A stretch of DNA of 64,000 bases from Eledone cirrhosa (GCA_964016885.1 OZ024750.1:53444001-53508000); one strand, 5' to 3'; positions 37,711 through 52,320 are shown, counted from the first letter of the stretch. Made by a program: numbers and translations. Notes: generated from the letters alone by a model not told the origin.

Positions 37711-39281
37711 TATCCAACATAATTATGCCACCCTTCAAACATCCCAGTTACCCCTTCTAAGGAACGTCCGAGTTGACATGAATAATGCTAACAGCATGAA
37801 AATCCCAAAGCCATTATGGAGTGTACCTGAGACAAGTAAACAAAGAAATACCACAGATCAACTACACACACCTTTTACCCCCTAACCCTGAAATCTATGT
37901 TCCTCATGACAGATACATAGTTACACTCATGCACACACATACATATATCATGCACATAATCACACACATTTTTCCCTAGGCACACGTTAAATTTTAACGT
38001 TTTTTTTCATCCATTTTAATTAAATCTGCCAGCCAAACAACAACTCTTCTCCGATTACTCTTTAAGCACCTAAACACAGATCCTCTCTCTTGATAATGGA
38101 TGGTAAATCCAAAAATATTTGAAATCAATAAAATTTGCTATGGTAAAATTCTACCGTTCTCACTCTTTTCTCAGTCTGTTATTCTCTATAACTCCTATTA
38201 CTTTGGCACTTTTAATTTCGTCGGGTTTCCAAATATTGAAACTTATTTAAATTTGTATTTCTTATTCCACAATGCTTCAAGCAAACTACAACACTTTGTT
38301 CATTTCCAAATACATAAAAGTTCAATGTGTTAATCACTTCTGGAAAGATAAAGATCATGATAATGTATATGAGGTAGTTGGAGATAGAAAGGGCACTCCA
38401 CTGTAGGAACCTTGCCAAAAGGGTGAAGAGGACTCTTTAGTTGAGACACAAGCACAACCACTTCTTTAGTTTGGGTGATCTACATGATAAACACATCCAG
38501 TATACTCTGTAAAGTTGTTGATGATAGGACAGGCATCCAGCCATAGAAAACATTCCAAACAAAGGGGCTGGACTGTATGGTGTGCCCTCAACCCACATGG
38601 AGTTTGGAGTTTCTGCTTGAGTAGTGATCGGTCTGTGGCGACATGTCCAGCCCTAGCTAGCAGGGAAAGCATATGTTAAATGATGAAGGACAGAAGTAGG
38701 ACACACACACTGAGCTTCCCTTCAGTTTCAATCTACTCTATAGCATAAAAAGATCATTGTTATCTCTAGGTTATTGCAGAAGATACTTGCCTAAGGTGGC
38801 ACACATTGTAGCTAAACTTGGAATGACATAGTTACAAAGTAAACTGTTTTAAGCAGCCATGCCAGCAACTGTTGTAGGAGATACTTGCCTAAGGTGTCAC
38901 ATTGTAGCTAAACTTGGAATGACAAAGTAAACTGTTTAAGCAGCCATGCCAACAACTATTTCTCAACAGAAATATTTACAATGTGGTTGGGGAGAAACTA
39001 ATGAGTTGGTGGCATTAAATAGATAACTGGCATTGTTCAACACAAACTGAGTACATTTTTATTTATTCTAATTACCCTGTCCCCCACACCCCATCTTGGA
39101 TTTCACACCATTTCCTCTTAATATTACGCAAGGCTTTCGTCCTCTATGTAACAAAATATTTTACAGATGCAATAAGTTTGAAACACAACAGAAACAAGAC
39201 CAGCTTTGTATTTACATTGTTTCACATCATCTTTATTATTATTATAAATATTATTATTTTTATTATCATTGTTGGTGTTTT

Positions 39282-39393
39282 TGGTAGTGGTGGTGGTGGT
39301 GGTGGTGGTGGTGGTGGTGGTGGTGGTGGTGGTAGTGGTGTTGGTGGTGGTGGTGGTGTTGGTGGTAGTGGTGGTGTTGGTGGTAGTGGTGGA
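39282..39393. repeat. (GGT)n microsatellite
   Basis: Direct inspection. Confidence 0.95.
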
Positions 39394-39734
39394 GTTAATC
39401 ACTGTGATGCTGATGGTGTAGGTTATAGTGGTGTTACTGTTTCCTACAAAGGTACTGAAATTCCAACCATTCCGTCACAGTCTGTTATTTATAAAACATA
39501 GCAAATAGCAAACTTCATTTTTATGAAATCCAGATTTCACCTTCATTAATAAGAATTACAATAGCTTAGATATTCAAGTTGGGAGTCATAGAAACACCCA
39601 CTCAATTTAATTAGACTTCACTAATATGTATACATAGAAACATTTGTATGTATATATATCAGAACAGTATTATGTAACCAGTGGGTGAAGAGGTGTATTG
39701 CTTCCTGTATTCTCTTTCTCTCTCTCTCTCTCTC

Positions 39735-40000
39735 TTATCATCATCATCATCATCATCATCACATCTGCTTTTCCACGCTTGCATGGGTTGGTTGGGTCCT
39801 TCTCGGCACTGCATCTCTCCTCTTGTCATGTTTCTTCGTCATCTCCTGAGTCTCAATGATTGGAGGTCAGCTCTCACAACCTCTGCCCAGGTCTTCCTTC
39901 GTCCAGTTCCACTGTGGCTTCCTTCCACTGGCATTTCTTGCCACTTCTTCTATCAACAATCATTGTCCATGTGCATCACATGCCCATATCAATGCAGTCT
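39735..40000 (-). mobile_element. RTE 3'-end fragment of the same family as 31633-33092
   Basis: (tca)n tail, ttccacgcttgcatggg, and the reverse of the WAEVVRADL motif. Confidence 0.75.
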
Positions 40001-43000
40001 TTTCTTGAACCAGGGACTATGGATAACTTACAGAAATCCCTCATTTGGCAGTGCTACCAGGACCCACTGCCGATTGAGATAAACTCTACAGGCACGGAAG
40101 TGCTGTCAGACAGACCTGCCCAAGATGCGTCCAGAACAACAAAAGTGTTCTACACGCACTCGTCCAGTGTCCTTGCAATACTGACTTGTGGATTTATGTC
40201 GAGCAGCTGTTGTTGTGTGTAGGACAGATCTGGCTATCGGCTGAGTTCATAGTGAAGATCGCCTAACTGCTTTCTTTTGACTGGCAATTTTCCTCTGTCT
40301 AGTGGCAGTAGCAAAGGAGGTTGTGTGGTGGACCAGGTTGAAAGGACTGAAGACAGACACTTTTCTCTTCAGCCAACCCCTCATCAACTTTTTAAAATTT
40401 CGCTTGGAAAGGAAGGAGAAAGTGGAGAGAGAAGGTGGGTGAATGTGGCAAAAATAGCCTATAGGCTGGTTAACTTGAGGAGGAGAAGAATGCCTTCCAC
40501 AGTACTCTCGAAGAGTTGGCCATTTCAGAGTCACCCCTGGTTGGTTCAAACCCCCCCCCCCCCCAATTGGGGAATTTGTTTTGTTATATTTTTATATATA
40601 TTTTTAAAATATTTTTTCATTCTTAAATTGGTTTTGTTGTGTATTTTCAATCAATTTTATTGCCCCTTCCCCTGCCTTTGTATTGTCTCCAATAAATGAA
40701 ATATTATTATTAGCATCATCGCCGAGGTTAACTTTGCCTTTCATCCTTACGGGGTCGATAAAATAAAGTACCAGTAATGTACTGGGTAATTGCTGGCCTT
40801 GTGCCAAAAGTAGAAACAATTATTATTAGCATTATCATTCCTCCTCCCCCCTTCCTATCATTCCTCCTCCTCCTTCTTATCACCCCCCTCCCCCTCCTAT
40901 CATTCCTCCTCCCCCTTCTTATCACCCCTCCCCCTCCTATCATATTGTGGCAAGCTATTAAAGATCTTTATCCAAACCTCTCTCACAGTGTTGTACTTGT
41001 TTGGTTTGTGTTAAATTACTTTAAATCAATTCAAAGCTCTCTACATACAACATATATGTATGTATATATATGTACATATATGTGTATGTATATATACTTA
41101 TATGTGTATGTATATATACATATATAAATATATGTATCTATGTACTTTATTATATTATAGCAAAAACATTGTAATTTATGAAGAGATAACAGTTTGGGAC
41201 TTGCTTATATGTATAAGTTCTGTGAATCATTCATCATCATCATTAATTTAGAAAATTCCTTGAGGTTAGCACCTCAAACTTGACCCCCTTTTTTTGGTTG
41301 CAAGCATGTCAAAGCTGACTCCCTTTTTCCCTTCATTCTCAGCCTGAAAGACCTAATTATAACTTCCCCAACTTCCTATATATTTTTCAAGTTAAAGTTT
41401 GTAGGTATATTTAGTTATTTACTTACTCAGAACTCTGTTCATTCATAATTCCCAAACCATATTCAATATTTGTTCATTCCTAAATCTCAAACTTTCATCA
41501 TTATCACCATCATCAGTCCTTTTTTCATGCTTTTATGGGTTGGATGGGTTGCTATGGTCTGAGACTAGATTGGTCAGAGGCCAATGCCCTACTCTTACAT
41601 TTGGTATGGCTTCTATGGCTGGATGATTTTCCTAACACCGACTACTTTACAGTGAGTACTGGGTGCATTTTATCATGACACCAGCATTACCTCTTACAGA
41701 GTGTACTGTGTGCATTTCATTATGGCACCAGTGCTACCATTTGACATAGTGTACATGGCGCTAACACTTTACAGAACATACTGGTTGCATTTTATCATGG
41801 CACCAGCACTACCACCTTGCAGAGTGTACTGACTATATTTTATCATGGCACCAGCACTACCACCTTGCAGAGTGTACTGACTATATTTTATCATGGCACC
41901 AGACTATGACTTACCTTTATAATCCACTGGAATCTAAGAGAGTTTTGCCAAAATCTAAAACCAAATGCATAAACAAAAATAGAAACTAAAATGAAATCAG
42001 TCCAGGGTGGTTGTATGGCGTATATTTTCAAATATGCCAAATATACTTAGAGATGTGTGTTTAAACCTTGATCAATCTAGGGTTGTTGTATGGGGTATAG
42101 TTTTATACATCAAATATACATAAAGATGGGTGTTGAGTCGTTGTTGAAAGTTGTTACTTCTAGTTTTCCACAAATAATCTATTTCTGTTAACATTTTTGA
42201 TGCAATCTTGCCTGGAACTGCTTTTTGTTCTACGACACAAAGTATTTTCTATCATTATCATCATCAACATCTGTTCTTCCATGTTGGTGTGGGTTTTTGT
42301 GTATGTGTATATATATATATGAAAAATAAATTTTCTACAAGACTCTTTTGTTTTGTTCCAAACACCAGATTAAAAGGAAAAAATTTGGTTAGTTTTTTTC
42401 ACTAAATTTCTTCAAATTTTAGATTTAATTTCAAAATTATGAGGACAGTGTATTTCAATAAGAATATGTCCACAAAACAATGCTTATAGATGTAACCTTT
42501 TAGACAAGCCTATATTTTTAGATAAGTGTTGCAGGCATGCCCTTTTGATTAAGAAGTTTGTTATGCAACCAAGTAATTTTGAGCTCAATCCCAGTACATA
42601 GCAACTGTCTTTGATAGCTTCAGGCTGACCAATAGCTTGTGAGGGAAATTTAGTACAGAAACCGTGTGGAAGCCCATTGTGTGTAATTATCATACTTATA
42701 TTTGCTTTTGAAGCTGGCATGGGTTGGACAGATTGTCACCTTTTGAATCTAGATTGGTCAGTTGACTACTTTTTGCTCATATTTGACAGTTTCTACAAGT
42801 CTGTTCAGATTTATCTCTCTCTGTCTTCATATTGACAACAGCACCTGCTGATGTTTATTTATGCCCCACAATTTAAGGGTTTGACATGCGAAGTTCACTG
42901 AAACAACTCTAGTATTTAAAATAAAATAGTAATGGGCCTCCAGTTGTAACACACTAAAGTCTTATCCAACCCATGCCAACATTGAAAAGCAGCTGAAAAA

Positions 43001-44045
43001 AACAATGATGTATATTTTGCAATAATAATTGAAGAATTCTATTGTACACTATCATATTTGGTAAGCTCTTTGAATAACTTTCCACACCACCATTGTACTG
43101 TATTTAGTTGTTACCAACACAGTTACTGTGTTAGTGACCTGGTCACCAACACAGTTACACTATTAGTGCCTGGTCACTAACAGTGTCACAAAAGGTTTTG
43201 GTACCAGTGAAATAATTGATAAATTTTAAGCAAATTTAAGTTTTTTGTGCTTTTTTAGATGAACAAATCTTCCTGAAAGTTCTGTATTTCCTGGTGTTGA
43301 AGTCACTACTTTTTTTTCCTGAAATAAGTCTCAAAAATCTACCATGCATCCTGGAGGGCGAAGGTTGTTTATTATTTTTTTTTTTCAAATTTTGCTTGTC
43401 AAAATTAGGGTGCGTCCTCGAGGACGAAGTGTCTTTGGTGCCGTGAAAAACGGTAACTGCTTTTGTTATTAACCCCCCCCCCCCCACACACACACACTTT
43501 AAATCAAGTCATGTGCCAACCAAGTACAACTGTGAAAAACCATACCTTCCCTTACACACACATAATTTATTGAAGAATTTGGCTGTGTGGTGAAGGAGTT
43601 TGCTGTCTAATGACTGAAACCAGTAAATGGTATTAAAATAATTTAGACATGCCTATGGGTCTTGATGCAATCAGAAGTTTTTCCATCCTTGATTTCACTG
43701 GAATACCAACAACAACCTGAAGAAAAAAAACAATAGTTGGAGCAAGTCAAGCTGTGTACATCTTGATAAAATAAATTGCTTAAAGACTATGCACAATAAG
43801 CAAATGAAACAACAACCACAACAAAAATTCCTTGTTTAAAATGTAATATCATTGTAAACAATGTGAAAAGTAACTGGAAATGAGTGTTTAATTCTACATA
43901 AACTTTAGTTTAATCTATGTGGATCTGGAAGTGTTGAGAGTTAGAGTAATGGGTTGGGGAGAGAATATCTTTGAGTGGATCTAGTAACATATCTTTATCT
44001 TGATGGGCAGAGTTGCTGTTGAGTAATGTGTGCTTCACAAGAATG

Positions 44046-44078
<33 letters not shown>

Positions 44079-44129
44079 CCTTCCTTGATGGGCAGAGCTG
44101 CTGTTAGTAATGGGTAGCTTTTATAATAA

Positions 44130-44502
44130 TTGTTTCTACTTTTTGGCACAAGGCCAGCAATTAACCAGTGTATTACTGGTACTTTATTCTATCGACCCTG
44201 TAAGGATGAAAGGCAAAGTTAACCTCGACGGGATTTGAACTAAGACCATAAAGGGCCGTAACTCTGCTGCAAAGCATGGCGTCCGACCCTCTACCGATAC
44301 TGCCAATCCACCACCCTTTTATAATAATTGTTTCTACTTTAGGCACAAGGCCAGCAATTACCCAGTACATTACTGGTACTTTATTTTATCGACCCCGTAA
44401 GGATGAAAGGCAAAGTCAACCTCTGCGGGATTTGAACTCAGATTGTAAAGGGATGTAACTATGCTGGAAAGCATGGCATCCGACCCTCTACTGATACTGC
44501 CT
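44130..44502 (-). mobile_element. Two tandem SINE family A copies
   Basis: Each matches the reverse complement of 46005-46188. Confidence 0.88.
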
Positions 44503-44939
44503 TGAGGGAGAGTTATTTCTCAGATTCTAGCAGTGTCATAGGTAGAACCTGTCTATAACTTTAAACAAAGCCTGTATCTCAGATAAACAAATTAGTTTCC
44601 CCTCCTCCCTCTCCCCTCCCAGTTCCCTTCTCTCTCTCTCCCTCTCCCATCTCTCCACCTACCCTTTCCCTCACCTCCTCTCTACTGGGTCACTATGTTT
44701 TGCTGGAACAGTGACTAATAATTTAACTACTTCTTTATTCACCTCTTCTACTCAATAGAAAATTTCCAACTTGAAAAACTTCTTTAAATATATATATGAA
44801 TGAATGAATATATATATATATATTTGTTACACATCAGTAGTTCTTTTTTATTTGTTATTTTTCCTTTCTTTTGCACCCCATTTCTCTCAAACTGGCCTAG
44901 AAATATATTATTTCATTATTATTGCTATTATTATTAACT

Positions 44940-45240
44940 GCCTGTTATGCCTATTAACAATGTAGGGCAGCAATGAAGGTCCTCCACTCTGTCCTGGGTC
45001 AGTTACTGGCTGGTACCCCATATATCTTCATCCCTCCTTCAACTGTGCCAGGTGTTCTTTGAACTTCCTTGTTTCAGCTCACCTTCTGGTGTCCAGTGAA
45101 GGGCTGTTCTTGGGATACTATATTGCTCTCTTCTGAGAACATGCCAAATCTACTTCCATATTCTTCTGAGAAAGTTTGATGACATATTCTCCTGCTGGCA
45201 TCTACCAATAAATCTAGATCTATTATCCATGTAGGATACT
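44940..45240 (-). mobile_element. RTE 3' fragment
   Basis: Minus strand reads GHVLRREQYSIPRTALHWTPEG-like. Confidence 0.6.
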
Positions 45241-46004
45241 AAGGGTACTGAATACTATTTAGTTTTGATAAAAGGGAAACCTCTCTTGTGCTGGTGCCAT
45301 GATAAAATACATCAAAATACACTCAAAACACAAGAAATTAAAATGCACCTATTATACTTTGTAAAGTAGTGGGCATTAGAATGAAGTCTTCAGATTTTCT
45401 TGCTGCAGCGGTTTAAATATCTGGGGTTTGCCCACACTGGGATCAAGTTTTAGGTATGTAGAGCGGAGGGAGATATATAAGCTTGACATTGCTTTCAAGG
45501 TTGTAATTGCTGTGAGCATAAGAAAATCTGGGTTGTGTTGGTTAAACAGTGCTACATCCCAGGAGATCTCATAGTTTACATAATCAATTAGAAAAATACA
45601 TACATACTGAGAGAGAATTTAATGAAGCAGTTGACATTTTAATATAGAATTATTCCTTTAATGATGTAATTATTCATTATAGTAATTTAACTTCTAATGA
45701 ACTTTAAATGGAATTAAATATATCAAGAACTAAGCCAAACATGCCTGAAGTAAGTGCCCTTCATGAAGTGTAAACATTCAAGTAGAGTTTCACAATCTCG
45801 ATATGGTGGGTGGGAAACTTCAATTGGCTGAAACACTGTTTAGGAGTGTTCAGGTGATGAGAAACAAGTAAGGTAGAGAACTCCTATAGCTTGAGCTAAT
45901 CCAAATTTTTTGGAATAATTTTAGACACTGCAGTGGAAGTGGAGCTTGGTGAAAGCAATGGGCTTGTTTCAATCTTATTAGATCTCATTAATGAAGTTGA
46001 CTAG

Positions 46005-46188
46005 GCCGGTGGATTGGCAGTATCGGTAGAGAGTCGGACGCCATGCTTTCCAGCATAGTTACGTCCCTTTACAATCTGAGTTCAAATCCCGCCGAGGTTG
46101 ACTTTGCCTTTCATCCTTACGGGGTCGATAAAATAAAGTACCAGTAATGTACTGGGTAATTGCTGGCCTTGTGCCAAAAGTAGAAACA
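46005..46188 (+). mobile_element. Full-length SINE family A with 18-bp target-site duplication
   Basis: A-box-like tggcagtatcgg, B-box gagttcaaatccc; TSD attaatgaagttgactag at 45987-46004 and 46189-46206. Confidence 0.92.
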
Positions 46189-46539
46189 ATTAATGAAGTT
46201 GACTAGATTAAAATACAGTCAAAAGAGGGGAAAATAATGCACACATTATTTATTTCCTCATGGGTTTCAGAAAGTACCAGATTGGTGACAGGCGTGAACA
46301 AAACCACTGAGACTGCAATATGGTGAGAGGTACGAAAAAGGATTATACTACACTGTCCTTCATTCATGTGTGCTAACAAGGGACAAGTTCAGGACTTAGG
46401 TGGAGGGGCCTGTTCGAAAAAATATATTGCAGTCTCAATTTCATGCCACAAAAACTGGTGATGTGCCTGTGACCTGTTGTGGGAGGTGTGGGATGGACAC
46501 ACAAAGATTATGTATCCAGATACTCCAAAGAGGGTCTGG

Positions 46540-47180
46540 AAGGGATCAAACCTGGACAGATGGAATCTGGAACATCACAACCCTCACATGTAAGGAGCAG
46601 GAACTAGTAGAGGAGGCTAGATGCTACAGGCTAGATATAGTTGGGGTTTCCTCAACAAAGTTCCATGGCTCTGATACTGTAGATTTGGATGGGGGATGGA
46701 AACTCCACTATTCAGGTGTGATGCCAGAAATGACTGCACTGGTGGTAGTGGAGATACTCACAGGACCTTGGCTGTCAGAATATCTTATGGACTGGATACC
46801 ATTGGGAGGGAGGGTTTGCCTCTTGACACTTAGGCTGAAAGATAGGTCTGTGGGTGGTGCTAGTTTATGTACCAAACAAGGAGTCTGAATACAGTTCCTT
46901 CCTTGATAAAGTCACTAGCGTTAGATGGAGTTATGACTGAGTCATATATCCTGATGGGAGACTTTAATGCACATGTTGGTACTGACCACCTGACATGGAA
47001 AGGAGTGATTGGGGGGAATGGCAACCCTGATCTAAATATGAATGGAGAGGCCTTACTAGACTTCTGTTCTACCACTGGACTCTCTATTATAAACACCTTC
47101 TTCCAGCACAGAGACATCCATTAATATACATGGTATAAGGGAAATCAGGGACAGAAATCAATAATTGATTTTGTTACAAG
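46540..47180 (+). mobile_element. RTE (Expander/Rex3-like) APE endonuclease fragment
   Basis: GIWNITTLTCKEQELVEEA..RLDIVGVSST, GGWKLHYSGV, MGDFNAHVG, LLDFC..NTFFQH. Confidence 0.8.
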
Positions 47181-47714
47181 TGGTTGGTGTCAGGAAGGGC
47201 TGTAGAAACCAGGCCAATATATGGAACATAAAAGTGAAGATATGGTTCCCTGATCCCCTGGCTTGCCTCAAACCAAAATCGACCTGTCCAACCTATGCCA
47301 GCATGGAAGACATAAAATTATGATATCTCGCTCTCTCAATGTGTGAGAATTTTAAACTGCAGCATGTCAGCCAGATGAAATAAATTTAAATAGATTTGTA
47401 TTCAGTAGACATATAGTTGAGACATTGTGGCCATTGTTACTTGGAATAACATTCCTCTAATCTAGCGAACATTCCAATAATCTGGAATATAGACACTGAC
47501 ATTGTTTAGACAGTATCATTGTGGTTCTTTATTTTGGGTTTGTTTTGTTTGTATTAAAGTCATGACATATTCTGTGTGTATATAATGGGGAGGGGGTCAT
47601 GAAGGGGAACCCCCCCCCCCCCGCATGCATATATATATATATAAGTATTGAAAAACAGCTGTATGATGATATACATATATGTGTCTCTCTCTCTCTCTTT
47701 CACTCTCCCCCCCC

Positions 47715-47750
<36 letters not shown>

Positions 47751-47953
47751 TATGAATAAGAGAGAGTTTAATGTGTACATCTTTTTATTAAATAATTGTT
47801 GTAGATACACCCACACATGTATATTTTCATACTGTTTTTCAATACTTATGTATACATGCATATATATAATTTACCCAGGTGTTCTTTCATGTCCCCCCCC
47901 CCCCATTATATACACACACACATGCACACACATCTATATATATATATATATAT

Positions 47954-48297
47954 GGAGGCACATGGCTTAGTGGTTAGAGCATTGGGCTTGCAATCAAAAG
48001 GTTGTGAGTTCAATTCTCAGACCGGGTGATGTGTTGTTTCCTTGAGCAAGACACTTTATTTCACATTGCTCCAGTTTACTCAGCTGTAGAAATGAGATGA
48101 TAGGGACTGGGGTCCATATTCTACTGCAAAGTGGACGTGGAGGTGCCACGGCAACAAAGCACCCAGCACTCACTGTAAGTGAGGTTGGTGTTAGGAAGGG
48201 CATCCAGCTGTAGGAATCAAGCCAGACACTGCCCACAACAGGACAACTCGTCTAACCCATACTAGCGTGGAAGAACAGACGGCCATAAAATGGTGAT
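47954..48297 (+). mobile_element. SINE family B copy with a different RTE tail
   Basis: Head nearly identical to 28900-29060; tail matches the reverse complement of the 14160 and 63550 RTE tails. Confidence 0.85.
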
Positions 48298-49616
48298 ATA
48301 TATAGTGGAAATGTATGGTCACTACCCCCACCACTCAACCACCACTGGTGGAAATGTATGATCACTACTACTAACAACGCCATAAAGTCTGAGCTGTTGT
48401 TTGGTCATCTTGGAATAATTGGGAATGGTTAATGATGGTCGCATAATGACCTGGGATTTCTCCAGAATCACCTGAAAAGTGGACTGTGACATGTTAAATA
48501 TAGCGGGATTGAGGCTTTATGCATTTCCACCATTTTCATTGGTTACTAACTTTGGTCATCAACATCATTGGTTTATGTCCACTTTTCCATACTTTGGTAT
48601 GGCATGGACCACCATTATATATAAATCCCGCCGAGGTTAACTTTGCCTTTCATCCTTACGGGGTCGATAAAATAAAGTACCAGTAATGCACTGGGTAATT
48701 GCTGGTCTTGTGCCAAAAGTAGAAAGATATATATCAAATGAAGAACTAGAATGTCCTTTCTCAGAGTAGAGTGTAATTGCCAGCTTCAAAGAGAAGGAAT
48801 AGCTGAATGTATATAAGAGTTTTGAGAAGATAGAGATTTTATCGTGGAAAATTAGTTATCCATTTAAGAATAAGCAGAGCATGCATATGCAAATATATCA
48901 ATGGAAACTCAATGTTCTTTCATCAAAAAATAGTATTTAATCTCTTGGAAATGTTTCGGATGAACTGTCACCTGGAATCATTGAGATGTTGCTGGAAATT
49001 TCACCTTCATCAACAGACTAAATACAAATCTCCGATTAGACTTCACCTTTTTCTGAGTGTCAATTGTGATGATTAATTAAAATATTTTTTCACCTTTAGC
49101 ATGGGCCATATTAAATACTTCGTCATCATAAGGACCAACAGAATATACACTGAAATAACATCTTTTTCAGGTTTTGTTAAATTCCTGACTTATGATTCTT
49201 GCCATATTTTGTTGAAAATTATTTGATGAAAGAAGATTGAGTTTCTATTGATACTCTTGTATATATATATATGTATATATGTGTGTGTGATATATACATA
49301 TATATGCTTGCGCGTAATACATGTGTGCATGTATAATATATGTGTGTGTATATAATATATATGTTGTGAATGTATGTGTAACATATAGTGTGTGTGTGTG
49401 TGGAAGGAAAAGACTTAAGACAGCCAAGGCAAGCATGGACAATCAACATGAAATATTGATCTCTCATAATAGCTAGCAATATATATTTCTAATGCGTTTA
49501 TATAATAATTTCACCATTGTTTCTGGGGATAGTTTATAAGAATAGCTACTATCTAAACCAACATATTCATTAAATCTGACACACACTTATAGAAATCTCT
49601 AAACGTACAAACATAC

Positions 49617-52320
49617 ATCATCATCATCATCATCATCATCATCGTTTAACATCCATCTTCCACGCTAGCATGGGTTAGACGGTTTTGTTCCACTCGATGC
49701 GGGAATGGTCGGGATACCATGTCTTGTTCGTACGGAAGTGTCTCTGGCAGGTTTTTTTTACAGCTGGATGCCCTTCCTAACACCAACCACATTTACAGTG
49801 TGGACTGGGAGCCTTTTCACCGTGTCTCCTACACGGCCACCTTACAGTGTGGACTGTTGTGTCATCGACAGTGGACGGAACGGGAGAGGGAGGATGGGGT
49901 AGGGTGTGGGGTGGGGTGTACATTGAGTTAACAGGTGCCTACTGACTGTAGGTTTGTATGCAATGGCAGTCAGGTCTTCTGTATTACTACATGGCACCAA
50001 AGGTCTCAATCCAGTGACATTGTCTTAGAGAGATGTAGGTGGGCAAGGTCAGTTTTTATCACCTCGTCCCAGGTTTTTCTTGGTCTACCCACTCCGCAGC
50101 TTCCATCAATGTTCATTGCCCTGCACTTTTTTATACAGCTGTCCTTCATATGCACCACATGTCCATACCAACGCAATCTCCTCTCCAGAACACAACATTT
50201 GATACCTCTTATGCTTAGTCTTCCTCTTAGTTCATTTATGCTTCGCCCCACATTTCCTTCTAATCTACTCAGGTCTTCAGCACACAATGCCCATATCTCA
50301 CTGCCATGTAACATTGCTGTCCATATACAGGCATCATATAATCTGCCTTTCATTTTTAGAGAAAAACCCCTTGTGGCCAACAGTGGTATTAACTCTTCTG
50401 AACTTTTTCTATCCCATTTTAACTCTGGCTACTCCACTTTCAGAGCACCCTCCTCCACTGCTGATTTTGTCACCCAGTTAATGGAAGGTGTCTACTATTT
50501 CTATAGAACCATCTAGGCAGCTGAAGGAGATATCATCCAGTGGGTCCTTGCTATTTACTGCACCTGAGCATTGGCCACATATAAAATCTACATTCTTAGA
50601 TAGCTTACCTCTGATCCCACTACATCTTTTATATACCCATAGTTTGCATTTAGGACATAGAATGGAGTTTCTACCTACTCCTTTCTTACACACTGAGCAT
50701 GGCCATTTCCAAGAAGGTACCTGTGCCCTATTCTCCTTTCTACATACTAGAACTTTAGTCTTAGACAAGTTGACTCTAAGGCCTTTTGATTCTAGGCCAT
50801 GCTTCCATGTTTGGAACTTCCTCTCTAGTTCAGCCATAGATTCAGCTATGAGAGTTAGATCATCTGCATATAGAAGTTCCCATGGGCAGCCAGTCTTAAA
50901 CCCTTCTGTTATAGCCTGAAGGGCAATAATAAATAGGAGGGGGATAATGATGGAGCATTGGTGAACCCCTACTATTACGCTATATTCATCACTATATTCA
51001 TTGTTAATTCTAACCTTCCTGACTGTTCCTCTATACATGGCTTGTATAGCTCTCACAAGCCATTCTTCACTCCTAGTTTTCTAAGAACCCACCAGATTAA
51101 GGTTCATGGGACTCTGTCAATGGCCTTCTCCAGGTCAACAAAAGCTAATTAAAGGGGTTTACTGTTAGCTAGGTAATTCTCCTGTAGTTGCCGTACAAGG
51201 AAAAGAGCGTCCGTGGTACTTTTACCTGGCACAAACCCAAACTGCATTTCATCTAGATCAATTCAGTCTCTAATTAGTTGAGTAATAACTTTCTGTGACT
51301 CTCATGACCTGGTCAACTAATTTAACACCCCTATAGTTTCCTCTATCCAGGGCGTCTCCTTTGCCCTTGTAACAGTTGACGATGCTGCTGCTATGCCAGT
51401 CATTTAGTATGACCCCCATTCTGTATCACTTGGTTTACTATCCGGGTGACCATAGTATGTCCCACCATTCCAGTTATCTTCAAAATTTAGCAACTGTCCC
51501 CGAAGGCCCAGCTGCCTTGCCTGTCTTCATATCTTTGATTGCCTTATTTACTACACTACCATTAACTTGCACAGTTGGTCCTTCTGTTGGATTGATGTGG
51601 GGCAGACTATCTTTATTCCATTCAATCTCCTCATTAGTCTCTCGTAGTGACATTTCCAAGCTACCTTCTTATCACTATCAGTGAGGGCAAGTACACCATC
51701 GTCATTACGAACACACGTCTCCCCGACAATATCACAATTCTCCTTGACACATTGTCTCACAATCCTGAATACCTCACGTCTCTGGTCCTCCCATTGTAGA
51801 ATATGCTTGAACTTACTATCCTCTACTTCCTGCTTTGCAAAGTATACTTGTCTATACCTAGCCACATGATAGGTTCTCTACTACCCCCATCCTGCCATCC
51901 TTTCCAAGCCTGTTTTTTGCCCTTGATGGTTTCCTCCACCTTACTGTTCCACCACCATGTCACTCTCCTGCCTATAGGTCCGCTCCAGCCACAGATTTCA
52001 TCTGTCTCCTTCAACAGGTTAGCTTTCAGTAATTCCCAGTGTTCCTCTATATTGTATGATTTTAATTGCTCTTCCTTACTATCAAAAGCATCAAGTAATA
52101 TGCTTTTAAATTTGTTACTGGCTGTGGGGTTCTTCAACTTCCATAATCTTCTCCTTATGGTAGTCTTCTGCCAGCAAGTACGTCTGACCCTGACTATGAG
52201 GTCACTAACTATTAAGTTATGTTGGGAGGCGCATTCTTCGCGAGGGAGGGACTTAGTGTTTACAACAGCATACTTAGACTTTATACTTACTAGAAAGCAA
52301 GACAATCTGGCTGGTGTGCC
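49617..52320 (-). mobile_element. Degenerate RTE LINE (PHD-insert family): 3' UTR, RT, linker and EN C-terminus
   Basis: LLYADD, WPCSVCKKGVGRNSILCPKCKLWVYKRC..ICGQC, MLHGSEIW, EECASQH, (tca)n tail. Confidence 0.9.

Noticed and set aside
39178-39501. Gly-rich ORF with hydrophobic N-terminus
   Set aside because: Composed of (TTA)n and (GGT)n microsatellites.
48945-49020. Minus-strand ttgatga...ccgaaac hammerhead-like motif
   Set aside because: C3 is mutated and I cannot form stem III or a UH triplet; at best a dead remnant.
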